Assembly (NCBI GenBank): GCA_017523925.1
Contig: JAFWVQ010000047.1
Span: 7,482 to 71,481, forward strand
Length of the DNA stretch: 64,000 nucleotides
Origin: Clostridia bacterium
Lineage (GTDB): Bacteria > Bacillota > Clostridia > Christensenellales > CAG-138
Direction of reading: 5' to 3'
Every line of letters starts with the position of its first letter. Position 1 is the first letter of the stretch. Shown one piece after another: positions 19,301-28,176 of the stretch. A model generated the notes under the pieces. It was not told the origin of the DNA and made no database searches. It was given only the letters and a program-made list of their open reading frames with translations. The position numbers and the translations under genes are program-made.

Positions 19301-21099
19301 TCCGTAACTCCTACGTCCGCTACGTTGTATGCGATGAGAACGGCAACCAGATCGAGCAGCTTTCCAACCCCGGCCTCCAGCCCAAGGGCTTCTGGAAGGA
19401 CGACCACCGCGAGCAGCTCGGCGTTACCTACGGTATCTTCCCCGCAGGCGTCAACTTCGCAAACTTCAACCGTGAGAACATCGTTATCCGCGTTGAGGCG
19501 AAGCTCGACAACGACGGCGCACACGGCACCAATGCCTTCACCACCGAAGCCAGCGAAAACTGGAAGTGGGATGTTCCCGTAAGCATCGACACCACCATGC
19601 CCGGCGCAAGCAACTTCGCTTCCGCGAACGGCAAGTTCACCTTCAACGTAACCGACAACAACTACGTTGCATACGTTGCGGTATACACCGCAAACGGCGA
19701 GAACCTCGGCGAGAAGCTCGGCGAGCAGGGCATCTTTGAGACCGAGCGCGGCGCAACCACCGCTATCGAGCTCTCCGGTGCAGACAATGCATACGTTATC
19801 GTTGCCGACTACGCTATGAACGAGCAGGTCTACCTCTGGAACGGCAGCACCCTCACCCCCGTGGATGCTGCTCCTCAGCCCGAACCCATGACCGTTCCCA
19901 CGCTGAACGTTTATGCCTACGGCAAGAACCTCAACAACCTTACCTGGGTAAGGTTTGCCACCAACAATCTTGGCACCCTCTACTACGGCGGCGGCATTCA
20001 GAGCGATGACGGCGACTACACCTGCGCGGCTCTCGCGGGCGACTATATGTATGCCGTTACCGAGAACAAGGAACTCGTCAGGTATGACTGCTCCAACATC
20101 AACGCCTGGACCGGCAAGACCACCATCGGCACCATTGACAACGGCTACGTCATCAACGAGATGGCGTACAACCGTGCAACCGGCAAGCTCTACATCGTTG
20201 CGGGTCTTGCAGAGATCCATGAGGTCGATATGAACACCGGTGCTCTCACCCACATCAGCGACGCTTCGAACGGCGTTGCCGCGTTCGACTTCGACAGGTG
20301 GGGCAACTGCTATGCGGTTGACGCATTCGGCTACTTCTGCAAGCTCGACATCGCCACCGGTCAGGAGCTCGAGGAGATCGGCCACTATGGCGTAACTCCC
20401 TTCAACGGCAGTCAGTTCCTCGTACAGAGCGGCTTCCTTGCAGAGGGCGTGTTCTTCTGGATGAGCGCTGATGCAGGCATCTCCCAGTACAACCAGATGC
20501 ACCTCATGGCTCTCGACCTCGACAGCGATGAGTATGTGGATCTCGGCCCCGTTTACGAGGGTCTGTATCCCGTAGGTATGTTCACCCAGATCGTAGATAT
20601 CCCCGAGTCCTCCATCGAGCCCGTTGATTTCTACGAGACCTTCGACGGCGCGTTCACTTGGGAAACCATTGACGCCGACGGCGACGGCAACAACTGGGAA
20701 ACCGACTACTTCGCACAGGGCCTCTACTACGACGGCTCCAAGTGCGCGGTCAGCTACTCCTGGAGGGATGTTGTTCTTACTCCCGACAACTGGATGATCA
20801 GCCCCGAGTTCGAGATCGGTGCGGGCGAGAAGTATCTCTCCTTCTTCACCGCCTCCGCTAACCCGGCCGATGGCGACATCGCCGAGCATTTCCAGGTCAT
20901 CATCGTTCCCGAGGGAACCGATGCTGAGAATGGCGACGTTATCTACGAGCACACTCTCGAGACCAACGCGCTCACCGAGCACCTGATCAACATCAGCGAG
21001 TATGCCGGCCAGACCGTGCGCATCGCGTTCCGTCACTTTGACTGCGTTGACCAGTACACCCTCATCATCGATGCGGTTGGTGTTGGCAACCACAAGTAA
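16333..21099 (+). CDS. S8 subtilisin-like serine peptidase, multi-domain, with internal type-I dockerin and C-terminal cleaved-adhesin-like lectin domain
   Basis: Signal peptide. Catalytic triad motifs 'VAILDTGA' (Asp), 'HGTHVAGIAAGN' (His) and 'GTSMATPHVCGG' (Ser). Dockerin 'DANGDGRISIADAILIARMAL...DLNEDGDVTIADAILAARIAL' near aa 770. The C-terminal 'DGDGNNWETD...DNWMISPEFE...RIAFRHFDC' module is shared with the three paralogs at 44.9-52.3 kb. Confidence 0.85.
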   Translation: MKKSFKGFLACLLALMLVLPAFGGIMAETVNFDGELNGRVGTREAVSGSLASDRNGTLVSKKTASIDLSSIRNGKTFQAADAKAADEIAPDSIVTIMIEMDGAPAVDVVEDVKNAGSYRETLVAKQNAAAARIADELGVKVEVTHNYSVLFNGFAFDGEYRLVDEINALGGMRAFVSPSWDSPTLFNSVDQVGGIAAWETGYTGEGYTVAILDTGALVTHPAFSVMPTGDVQFEETDIAAIIADGGLSGDGRPTMNVANVYVNEKIPFQWNYYYQHADAAHPGQSDHGTHVAGIAAGNNDEIKGVAPDAQIAVMQVFAPSGGASWSNIIPALEDCVVLGVASANLSLGSPNGSDNPYDPSFLNTLERCVNAGVNLAMAAGNDYDATFNNAWGGNAGGSTEYSNTGYALVSNPDNGVVGSPSSWPHGISVAAVSNTKSRFYFIEVEGQGYGYSENSANPVQMVSALGGQTLPYVHVPGFGTPEDFAQVDVTGKIALVSRGDITFIEKAENAEAAGAVACVVFNNQGGSINMVAYEGGHIPHVIISQEAGAALVAAENKTMFIGTELGIFDNPTGNMTTSFSSRGWTANMSMKPEITAPGGQIYSATDPRISGTEYDTWDGTSMATPHVCGGMAIISAYVDDNFPNATTAEKHDLVNQILMSTTTPILSDSGEYAPVHEQGAGLMNLAKATTTKAYITVNGTVGNRPKVELGDDPEKTGHYEMTFTVHNFGTSEQQYTIEPTVLLNDFAMLGSINDEPILVYYGGTLNIAIGEDGEVLVGDANGDGRISIADAILIARMALGLIDTDMNCDLNEDGDVTIADAILAARIALELIEAPVAEGRIDYVTFDMPEIVTVPAGGETEVTVKFDLTDEIVPYIENYYTSGAALEGFIELIPANESDVSLTLPFTGFYGDWNYAATIDRGYYYEDEPWNSNNYPNTIGYKKGNAINGLGINPYVETADMSYYLADRNAISPNGDGLMDSVNVAYTGLLRNSYVRYVVCDENGNQIEQLSNPGLQPKGFWKDDHREQLGVTYGIFPAGVNFANFNRENIVIRVEAKLDNDGAHGTNAFTTEASENWKWDVPVSIDTTMPGASNFASANGKFTFNVTDNNYVAYVAVYTANGENLGEKLGEQGIFETERGATTAIELSGADNAYVIVADYAMNEQVYLWNGSTLTPVDAAPQPEPMTVPTLNVYAYGKNLNNLTWVRFATNNLGTLYYGGGIQSDDGDYTCAALAGDYMYAVTENKELVRYDCSNINAWTGKTTIGTIDNGYVINEMAYNRATGKLYIVAGLAEIHEVDMNTGALTHISDASNGVAAFDFDRWGNCYAVDAFGYFCKLDIATGQELEEIGHYGVTPFNGSQFLVQSGFLAEGVFFWMSADAGISQYNQMHLMALDLDSDEYVDLGPVYEGLYPVGMFTQIVDIPESSIEPVDFYETFDGAFTWETIDADGDGNNWETDYFAQGLYYDGSKCAVSYSWRDVVLTPDNWMISPEFEIGAGEKYLSFFTASANPADGDIAEHFQVIIVPEGTDAENGDVIYEHTLETNALTEHLINISEYAGQTVRIAFRHFDCVDQYTLIIDAVGVGNHK

Positions 21100-21128
21100 T
21101 TCAAACAGCCCGAAAGGGCGGTAAAGGG

Positions 21129-21156
21129 CGGGCAGCTTCGGCTGCCCGCTTTTTTG
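21129..21156 (+). terminator. rho-independent terminator
   Basis: 'gcgggcagcttcggctgcccgcTTTTTTgc'. Confidence 0.75.
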
Positions 21157-21180
21157 CTGCGAAAATACGCCGCTAAGCGG

Positions 21181-21213
21181 AGAAAACCGAGCGAAAACCG
21201 AGCGAAACCGAGC
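21181..21213. repeat. tandem repeat (GAGCGAAAACCG)x3
   Basis: 'gagcgaaaaccgagcgaaaaccgagcgaaaccgagc'. Confidence 0.6.
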
Positions 21214-21233
21214 TGGTGCCGATGCGGACGGCG

Positions 21234-21390
21234 AAAGGGGAAAGCAAAAGCGCAAAGGAAAAGGGCAAGGGGAAAGGGCGAAGGAAAAGGGCAAGGGAAA
21301 AGGGCAAGGGGAAAGGGCGAGGGGAAAGGGCAAAGGAAAAGGGCAAGGGGAAAGGGCGAGGGAAGGGAAAGGGAAAAGGAGAGGGGCTGC
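21234..21390. repeat. ~155-bp homopurine/homopyrimidine tract of degenerate ~26-nt repeats (GGAAAAGGGCAAGGGGAAAGGGCGAG)n
   Basis: The top strand is almost pure G/A with more than 15 GGG/GGGG runs. It lies ~120 bp upstream of the spoIIE start. Confidence 0.8.
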
Positions 21391-21505
21391 ACAAAACCCA
21401 CGCAAAACCCGCGCAAAATCGAGCGATCCCGCGGCGGCAAAGCGACAATGGGCGGGCGGGCTCCGTGCTATGATCGAATCAGCCATATCATAGCAAAGGA
21501 GAAGC

Positions 21506-23374
21506 ATGATGGAGGAACTCAAACGCTTTTCAATCAAGGCGCTCGAAACGGCGCGCCTCGCCCTGCCGAAGCATTTCTTCGGGCGCTGGCTGCTCCCTTG
21601 CGCCGCCTCGATGCTGCTTGCCTGCGGGCTGCCGTTCAATGCCGCGCTCTATTCGGGGCTCGACGCCCCGGTGCTGCCGCTTGCCGCCCTCGCGTTCACC
21701 GGCGCTGTATGGTGCGCGTTCGGGCTGCAAAGCTTCTTTACCGCGCTGCTCGCTCTTGCGGCGGGAAGCGCGGCCACTGGCGCATATTCCGGCTGCATCG
21801 CGGCGGCGCTGCTCTTGATCGCTGGCTTCTCGCTCCATTCGCTGCGCCCCAAAGCGGAGCCGAGCGCCCTTGTGAAGCTTGCCGCGCTGCTCGTGTCCAC
21901 ATTCGCCGCGATGCCCGCCGCGGCGCTGTTCGGCGTGTGGGAGATCTCGCTATCGGGCGCGCTGATGCAGCTCCCGTTATCCGCGCTATGCGCGCTGCTT
22001 GCCTCCATTCTCACGCACGGCCTTGGCACTCTTGCGCCGTTTGGCGGCGGCAAGGAGAAATGCGCCGAAAACTCGGTGCTGCACGGGCAAAGCAAAGCGG
22101 CAGTGCATAGCTTGAGTGAAGCGGCGCGGCACGAGCTCGGGCTCGTTTCGCTTGCGCTGCTCGGCGGGCTGCTTGCTTCGGCGTTTTCGCATTCGCGGCT
22201 CTTCTCGCTTGAGCTCGGCACGGCGGCAGCGGCGCTCTTCTGCCTGGTCGCGGCGCGAAGCTGCGGCCTGTGCTCTATCGCCTGCGCGGCGGTCATCGCT
22301 TCGACTCGCGTGCTTGCGCTGAACGGGGACATGCTCCTCGTTGCCGTGCTCTGTATGTGCACGCTTTCGGCGGCGCTGCTTCGTCCGCTCGGCAGATGGG
22401 GCGTGCTCGCGGGATTTGCGGCGCCCTCGATCGCGCTGTACTGCTTCATCCCGGGCTTCGGCACGGTTTCGCCCGCCGAGCTGCTGCTCTGCGGCTCCGT
22501 ATTCCTGCTTGCGGATATCCGCCCGCTGCCCGTCGCAGATGCCTTCCGCGATAGCGCGAGGGAGGAGGCGCTCGAGAAGGAGCTTCGCGGGCGCAGCAGC
22601 CGCTTGAGCATGCTTTCGCAAGTGCTTTCGGAGATGGCAGGGCTGTTCGACGGCGAGGACCCCGGCCCGTCGGGGCTCGTGAACAAGCAGCTTTCGGGCG
22701 TTGCGGACGGGCTTGCGCGGCTTGCCGAGGGTGCTCGGGAAGGCGGCGAGCGTTATAGGATCGGATTCGGAGCGGCCGAATGCCCCGGCGCGGGAGGGGA
22801 GCAGACGGGGGACACCGCCTGCATCCGCGAGCTGGACAGGCTCAGCCTTGCCGCGATAAGCGACGGCATGGGCACGGGCGAGGCGGCGCGGCGCGAGAGC
22901 GAGCAAACGGTGAACATGGTGGCGGACCTGGTCGCCTGCGGGCTGCCGATAGACTCGGCGGCGGAGCTTGTGAACAGGCTGCTGCTTATCAAGGAGGGCG
23001 GCGAGACCTACGCAACGCTCGACGCGATGCTCTTCGATCGGGCGAGCGGAAGCGTGATCGCAGCAAAGCACGGCGCTCCGGCGAGCTATATCCTACGGCA
23101 CGGCAGGCTGAACGCGCTTTCGGCCGAGGCGCTGCCTGTCGGGATAGTGGAGGAGGCGAAGACGGCGGTTTTCCGCGTTCACGTCAAGCGCGGGGACGTG
23201 CTGATCATGATGAGCGACGGCGTTTCGGATGCGCTCGGCGATCGGCTCTGCGAAGCGCTTTTAAGCACCTGCGGACAGGGCGACCCCGAAGCGGCGGCAA
23301 ACGCGCTGATCGAGCGCGCGCGGCGCATGGGCGGCGCGGACGATATGACGGCGATAGTGGCGATGGTGGGCTGA
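21506..23374 (+). CDS. spoIIE: stage II sporulation protein E (PP2C-type serine phosphatase with N-terminal multi-TM domain)
   Basis: 622 aa with ~10 hydrophobic helices. C-terminal PP2C/SpoIIE domain ('LSLAAISDGMGTGEAA...MSDGVSD'). SD AAGGAG 5 nt upstream. Confidence 0.75.
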   Translation: MMEELKRFSIKALETARLALPKHFFGRWLLPCAASMLLACGLPFNAALYSGLDAPVLPLAALAFTGAVWCAFGLQSFFTALLALAAGSAATGAYSGCIAAALLLIAGFSLHSLRPKAEPSALVKLAALLVSTFAAMPAAALFGVWEISLSGALMQLPLSALCALLASILTHGLGTLAPFGGGKEKCAENSVLHGQSKAAVHSLSEAARHELGLVSLALLGGLLASAFSHSRLFSLELGTAAAALFCLVAARSCGLCSIACAAVIASTRVLALNGDMLLVAVLCMCTLSAALLRPLGRWGVLAGFAAPSIALYCFIPGFGTVSPAELLLCGSVFLLADIRPLPVADAFRDSAREEALEKELRGRSSRLSMLSQVLSEMAGLFDGEDPGPSGLVNKQLSGVADGLARLAEGAREGGERYRIGFGAAECPGAGGEQTGDTACIRELDRLSLAAISDGMGTGEAARRESEQTVNMVADLVACGLPIDSAAELVNRLLLIKEGGETYATLDAMLFDRASGSVIAAKHGAPASYILRHGRLNALSAEALPVGIVEEAKTAVFRVHVKRGDVLIMMSDGVSDALGDRLCEALLSTCGQGDPEAAANALIERARRMGGADDMTAIVAMVG

Positions 23375-23420
23375 TGATATTGTTTTCCGCCGCCGCGTCT
23401 GATATAATTGAAGGGAGTAA

Positions 23421-24356
23421 GTGAAAGGCTCGGTAAAAGGCATGAGAAGGCGGCTTGGGATTCGCAGAGGAACAAGGCATTCGGGGCTCACTCTGCGCGG
23501 CGAACGCGGCAGGGTGTTGCGCATCGTTCTTTTCGTTGCGCTCGGCATCGGCGCGGTGGTCGCGCTTTTTGCGCTGCTCAAGCCCGAAAAGCAGCTCAAG
23601 ACCTCGGCCGAGATACTCCGCATCCGCGAGAAGGGCATATTGACCGTCGGGATCCGGGAGGATATCCCGGGCTTTTCGGATGACGGCACGGGGCTCGAGA
23701 TCGAGCTGGCTGAGCTGTTTGCGGAGTTCCTTCTGCCCGAAAACGGCGAGAAGCCCGTGAAGCTTGTGACCGTATCCGCGCAGACCGCCGAAACGAAGCT
23801 TTCGGACGGCAGCATAGATGCGGCGATCGCGCTGATGCAGAAGGGCGCGAGCAGCAAATTCGCTTATTCCTACCCGTACTACACCGATTCCTGCCGCGTG
23901 GTGCATCGCAGCGGCGGCGCGAAGAAGGCGCTGGACGATATGCTGATAGGCTACGTTCAAAACACCTCCGCCGCAAAGGTGCTGAACAGATATATCGACG
24001 CGCACGAAACAAAGGTGCAAAGGAGCCTGATCGACAAGCTGCGCGGCATCGAGAAGGAGCTGCCCGAGGGCGCGGTGACCTTCGATAAAAAGGCGTTTGC
24101 CTCGTATCCGGATATGCTGAGCGCCCTTGTGAACGGCAGGATCGACTGCGCGGTGCTGCCCGGCGTATATGCGCAGCTCTACTCCTCGGATTACGATCTC
24201 GAGCCCTCGGTGAGCCTTGGGAGCATCAGCTATGCCATCGCCGCCTCGTCGGACGAGCCCGCAATAGCGCAGCTTGCGGACGTGTTCATCTATGAGCTTC
24301 GCGAGAGCGGCAGGCTGGACGAGCTTTTGAAAAAGTATTCGCTCGGCGGCGAATAA
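23421..24356 (+). CDS. membrane-anchored solute-binding (SBP_bac_3-like) domain protein, orphan
   Basis: GTG start after 'aagggag'. N-terminal TM, then a periplasmic-binding-protein-like domain ('GILTVGIREDIPGFS'). No cognate ABC genes adjacent. Confidence 0.5.
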   Translation: MKGSVKGMRRRLGIRRGTRHSGLTLRGERGRVLRIVLFVALGIGAVVALFALLKPEKQLKTSAEILRIREKGILTVGIREDIPGFSDDGTGLEIELAELFAEFLLPENGEKPVKLVTVSAQTAETKLSDGSIDAAIALMQKGASSKFAYSYPYYTDSCRVVHRSGGAKKALDDMLIGYVQNTSAAKVLNRYIDAHETKVQRSLIDKLRGIEKELPEGAVTFDKKAFASYPDMLSALVNGRIDCAVLPGVYAQLYSSDYDLEPSVSLGSISYAIAASSDEPAIAQLADVFIYELRESGRLDELLKKYSLGGE

Positions 24357-24532
24357 GGGCGACCGGAAAGGCAAATTCATCGCATATTTTGAATAGATGA
24401 AGTAAAAACAATATTATAATGAGTAATTTTGACAGGAAGCGCCAAAAGCTTCCTTTCTTCGCTGTTGCGCCGAAAATCGCGGTGGATTATAATTGATCTA
24501 TGAAAAAGCTGCGGCGAATGAGAGGGAAGAAG

Positions 24533-25534
24533 ATGGCGTTTTTCGGGTTTTTGAAGAATAATGATGAAGCTCCGGCGCTCGCGGAGCTGCCCGTTTCGAG
24601 GATAATGCCGAATCCGAACGGACCGAGGCGCGTTTTCGATGAGGCTGCGATCGCCGAGCTCGCCTCGTCCATCGCAAGCGCGGGACTGATCCGTCCGCTC
24701 ATCGTGCGAAGGGTCGGCGCGAGATACGAGCTCGTTTCGGGCGAGAGGCGGCTGCGCGCGGTCAAAAAGCTCGGGAAAAAGCGCGTTCTGTGCATCGTGG
24801 ACGGGGGCGCGGGAAAGGCAGGATCAAGGCAGGCCGCCGCGCATTCGGCACCTTCGAATCGATCCGATCTTTCCGCGCGATCCGCGCTTGCGGCGCTTGC
24901 GGCGCTGATCGAGAATCTTCAGCGCGCCCCGCTCGATATCTTCGAGGAGGCGGAGTGCTGCCTGAAGCTGATGAACCGCCTGAACATCGGCGCGGACGAG
25001 CTTGCGCAGCGCATGGGCAGGAGCCGCGATTTCATCGAAAACAGGCTGCGTCTTTTGTGGCTGGAGCCCGGCGTGCGCGAGCTGATACGGCGGTTCGCGC
25101 TCGGCGAGCGGCACGCGCTTGCTGCGCTCGAGCTTGACGAAACGGCGGACAGGCTCGAGCTGATACGCCGCGCGGGGGAGCTCGGGCTCGATGCCGAGGC
25201 GACCGAACGCCTTGCCGATGCGATGCGGAGCGGGCGCGATGCGTATGCGCGTGCGCTGCATCAGATGCAGGCGGCGCAGCAGGTGCAAAAACCGCCCGTA
25301 ACGCGGGACGAACGAGGGCAAGTGCGGACGGCGCAGGAGGTGCAGGAGGCGCAGGCGGTGCAAACCGGCGCAGGGCCGCGCCGCGTGGTGCGGCTCGTGC
25401 GGGACTACCGTATCTTTGTGAATACCGTCAGCATCGCCTGCGAACAGCTTCGCTCGGGCGGGCTCAAGGTGGATATGGACAGGACGGACAGGGAGGACGG
25501 GCTGGAGCTGGTGATCAGCGTTACAAGGGAATAA
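24533..25534 (+). CDS. ParB/Spo0J/Noc-family protein (orphan paralog, no adjacent parA)
   Basis: Start at M12 of the track ORF, with SD 'gaggga'. ParB N-terminal box 'PNPNGPRRVFDEAAIAELASSIASAGLIRPLIVR...YELVSGERRLRAVKKLG' and an HTH. The C-terminus is divergent. Confidence 0.65.
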   Translation: MAFFGFLKNNDEAPALAELPVSRIMPNPNGPRRVFDEAAIAELASSIASAGLIRPLIVRRVGARYELVSGERRLRAVKKLGKKRVLCIVDGGAGKAGSRQAAAHSAPSNRSDLSARSALAALAALIENLQRAPLDIFEEAECCLKLMNRLNIGADELAQRMGRSRDFIENRLRLLWLEPGVRELIRRFALGERHALAALELDETADRLELIRRAGELGLDAEATERLADAMRSGRDAYARALHQMQAAQQVQKPPVTRDERGQVRTAQEVQEAQAVQTGAGPRRVVRLVRDYRIFVNTVSIACEQLRSGGLKVDMDRTDREDGLELVISVTRE

Positions 25535-25612
25535 TTAAGTGAATAGTGAATATTGAATAGTGAATAGTTGCGGTTGAAACGCCGCGGGCGTTTCTTATGA
25601 TTATTTCCACCT
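25531..25612 (+). repeat. TAGTGAA-heptamer array element, copy B
   Basis: 'TAAttaagtgaatagtgaatattgaatagtgaatagttgcggttgaaacgccgcgggcgtttc', with the stop codon embedded. Confidence 0.7.
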
Positions 25613-25637
25613 CATTTGCCGCTCGCCGCAGATAAAA

Positions 25638-25675
25638 AAACGCCCTTCCGATCATTTCGAAAGGGCGTTCGTTTT
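25638..25675. terminator. hairpin terminator
   Basis: 'aaaaaacgcccttccgatcatttcgaaagggcgttcgttttt'. Confidence 0.6.
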
Positions 25676-26314
25676 TCATGCGAGGAACTCGTTTCCAAGC
25701 TCCTTTAAGCGATACTCATAGGGCGAAACGGGCATATCCTTCTTCAAAATATTCTCGATTATCCACCGCTTCACCCGAAGCAGGAACAGCTCGAAGCGAA
25801 GCCGGAGCTTATGCTTGCCGTAATAGATGCGATCGTATTTAAGGCAGTTGAATTCGTAGTCCTGAACGGTCTGCCCCGAATGCGGATCGATGAACGCGAT
25901 GCCGAGCTTCGCCGCATCCTCGGTCGTGAGATCGTGCCTCATCTGCAAAAGGCCGGGCAGTGCCTCGGGTTCACAGCCGTCCGTGCCGTTCATATGCGCC
26001 GAAACCTTGCGCCAGCGGTAGAGCTCCTTGCGATATTCGAGCGGATGCTTCTTGAAAAACTCCTCGTCGCCCATCAGTGCGCGGCGCTTGCGAAGAAATA
26101 TCGGGCGGTAGACCGACACGCCGAAGATGGGGATTATGGAGAATGCGAGCAGCGCGAGTATGATGAAAACGGGCGTGCTCATCGCGTGGGAATAGGTGAA
26201 AACTATGACCAGCGGCAGTCCGCCGAAGCATACGAAAAGTACCTTTATAACCGTTGTAAACAGCAGTGAGATAAAGCTGAAATGATTGACGGTCTGCTTT
26301 TTGAATAAGCGCAT
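25676..26314 (-). CDS. 2-TM membrane protein, unrecognised family (paralog 1)
   Basis: Start at M21, with 'aaaggagg' upstream. Two N-terminal TM helices ('HAMSTP') and a cytoplasmic domain with motifs 'LMGDEEFFKKHPLEYRKELYRWRKVSA', 'LPGLLQMRHDLT', 'KYDRIYYGKH' and 'DMPVSPYEYRLKEL'. Confidence 0.6.
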   Translation of the reverse strand: MRLFKKQTVNHFSFISLLFTTVIKVLFVCFGGLPLVIVFTYSHAMSTPVFIILALLAFSIIPIFGVSVYRPIFLRKRRALMGDEEFFKKHPLEYRKELYRWRKVSAHMNGTDGCEPEALPGLLQMRHDLTTEDAAKLGIAFIDPHSGQTVQDYEFNCLKYDRIYYGKHKLRLRFELFLLRVKRWIIENILKKDMPVSPYEYRLKELGNEFLA

Positions 26315-26503
26315 ACGGCCTCCTTTCTCCGCCGACGAAACGCCGCTTCGTTCGGTCGGCATGACCTCGTTCATATAAATTATAGCACGCGCTCAAACCG
26401 TTTTTCAAGAGAAAACATGGCGGCTTTATGTATTTGGTGTGAGCAATAACGGAGAACGCGATAAAAGAGCGCCCGAGGGTATCGGGCGCACGAAACGATT
26501 TAA

Positions 26504-27820
26504 TTATGCGGCCTCTTCGCCAAGGAATTCATCCTTCAATTCATAGAGGCGGCTCTCGTAGGAGGAATGCTGCGTGTCTTCGTTTTTGAATATGAGCGAG
26601 AATGCGCGCTTTACCTTTATGGAGCGAAGTTCCTTCTCTATCCTGCGCGGGCGCTTGCCGTAGTAGATGCGGTCGTATTTCTCAAGGTCCAATTCAAGCC
26701 CGCTTTCATTGGCAAGCGAACCGTCCGCCGTGCCCGTGGCAAGGTTTACTCCGAATCTCGAAGCGTCTTCGTCGGTAAGCTCGCGCTTGATCTGCAAAAG
26801 CCCCGGCAGCGGCTCGGGATCGTTCTTCGCGCCGTTGATCTGGGCGGAAACCTTGTGCCAGCGGGCGAGCTCCCTGCGGTATTCGCGGGGATGCCTTGAA
26901 AAGAATCTTTCATCACCAAACATATAGCGTTCGGCGCGCAGCAGCATGGGCTTTGTGATAATGATGACGGTTGCCGGTATCAGCGCGAAGGCGAGCGCCT
27001 TGAGAACAAGATAGACGGGGGTGGAAAGCGCGTGCGCATGGATCGTTACGTAGCCATACGGGAAGCCGATGATGGGTATCAGCAAAAACATAAAAAGGTA
27101 TTTGCTCGCAGCTCTGACAAAGCTGTAATCGGTTGAAGAATTCTTCTTCGGCTTTTCCGCTTTTGCAAGAACTCGGCAGCCTGCGGCAGCGTACTCCTCG
27201 CGAAGCTCGATCAGGCGGCGCTCGTAGGGATCCACCGGCATATCTCTATTTTGAAGAAGAAGGAAGAGCGAACGCTTGAGATTGAGCCTGCGAAGCTCGC
27301 GCTTGAGCATGCGCGGATGCTTGCTGTAATAGATGCGGTCGTATTTTTCGCAGCTGAATTCAACGTCCTTAAACTCTTCTTCGAATTTGGAGTCGGCGTA
27401 CACAATGCCGAGGCGCGCCGCATCATCGCTTGAAAGCTCGCGCTTGAGCTGCAAAAGCCCGGGCAGAAGCTCGATGTCGCTGTCGTTTACACCGTTAATG
27501 AAGGCGGAGACCTTGTGCCAGCGCGCAACCTCGCGGCGGAATTCGCGCGGGTGCTTTTGGAAGAAGGCTTCATCGCCGAGCAGGGTGCGTTCGGAGCGCA
27601 GGATGAACGGACGGACGCAGATCTCGCCAAGCACGACCAGCCATACGAAGCTGAGCGTCATCAGCAGCAGGAACATGGGCGTGGAGAGATCGTGTGCGTA
27701 CATTAGCACAAGCGCCGGCGGCAGGCCCATGAGCAGGTATGATGAAGTGACAAGGATCGTGTGAAACAGGGCGCGGGGCAGGCTGTAGTGGTTTGCGGAG
27801 TTTCGTTTGGAAAATTTCAT
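26504..27820 (-). CDS. tandem-duplicated (fused) version of the same 2-TM membrane protein family (paralogs 2a+2b)
   Basis: Start at M41 (MKFSKRNS), with GGAG upstream. Two consecutive copies of the module: 'LGDEAFFQKHPREFRREVARWHKVSA...KYDRIYYSKHP...DMPVDPYERRLIEL', then 'FGDERFFSRHPREYRRELARWHKVSA...KYDRIYYGKRP'. Confidence 0.6.
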   Translation of the reverse strand: MKFSKRNSANHYSLPRALFHTILVTSSYLLMGLPPALVLMYAHDLSTPMFLLLMTLSFVWLVVLGEICVRPFILRSERTLLGDEAFFQKHPREFRREVARWHKVSAFINGVNDSDIELLPGLLQLKRELSSDDAARLGIVYADSKFEEEFKDVEFSCEKYDRIYYSKHPRMLKRELRRLNLKRSLFLLLQNRDMPVDPYERRLIELREEYAAAGCRVLAKAEKPKKNSSTDYSFVRAASKYLFMFLLIPIIGFPYGYVTIHAHALSTPVYLVLKALAFALIPATVIIITKPMLLRAERYMFGDERFFSRHPREYRRELARWHKVSAQINGAKNDPEPLPGLLQIKRELTDEDASRFGVNLATGTADGSLANESGLELDLEKYDRIYYGKRPRRIEKELRSIKVKRAFSLIFKNEDTQHSSYESRLYELKDEFLGEEAA

Positions 27821-28087
27821 TTTGATCTCCTTTCGTTGTATGCCGTTATAGGCAAAGCGAGGTATTTTTCGGCAGTAAGCCGCGCTCGAACGGATTGTGA
27901 AAGGGGAGTGAAGCGCTTCCGTTTCGAACGGCCGCAGCAAGCGCGAGGGTATGAATAATAAACACTCTTGCGGAGCGGCGTATATATTGTAACATTATGC
28001 GTGGGAAATGTAAAGTGTTTTCATTATTTTTTTTGTTTGTGCCGCCTGCGAACCAACGGCGTTCACGGCATTGTCACTTCTTCGCCA

Positions 28088-28115
28088 TTGACACGGCGGG
28101 GGACTATGGTATAAT
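28088..28115 (+). promoter_or_regulatory. sigma-A-type promoter (TTGACA-16-TATAAT) for the ABC operon
   Basis: 'aTTGACAcggcgggggactatggTATAATc'. Confidence 0.5.
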
Positions 28116-28176
28116 CATTATGAATATACCGTGCGCGGCAGCCTGCACGGGGCATGAAGGAGCTGAAAACAAAAAT

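Noticed and set aside
21033-21473. Three overlapping ORFs (FPLALF.../KGKGKG...) in the homopurine tract
   Set aside because: Translations of a purine/pyrimidine repeat with no start context.
16315-21639. 1774-aa minus-strand ORF
   Set aside because: Antisense to the well-supported S8 subtilisin gene. It is Gly/Ala/Val-rich with no motifs and is a typical high-GC antisense artefact.
21649-23424. ORFs 21649-22686(-), 21986-23071(-), 22780-23424(+)
   Set aside because: Antisense or off-frame to spoIIE. They are Arg/Ala-rich artefacts.
24790-25363. ORFs overlapping the ParB-like gene
   Set aside because: Alternate-frame Arg-rich artefacts.
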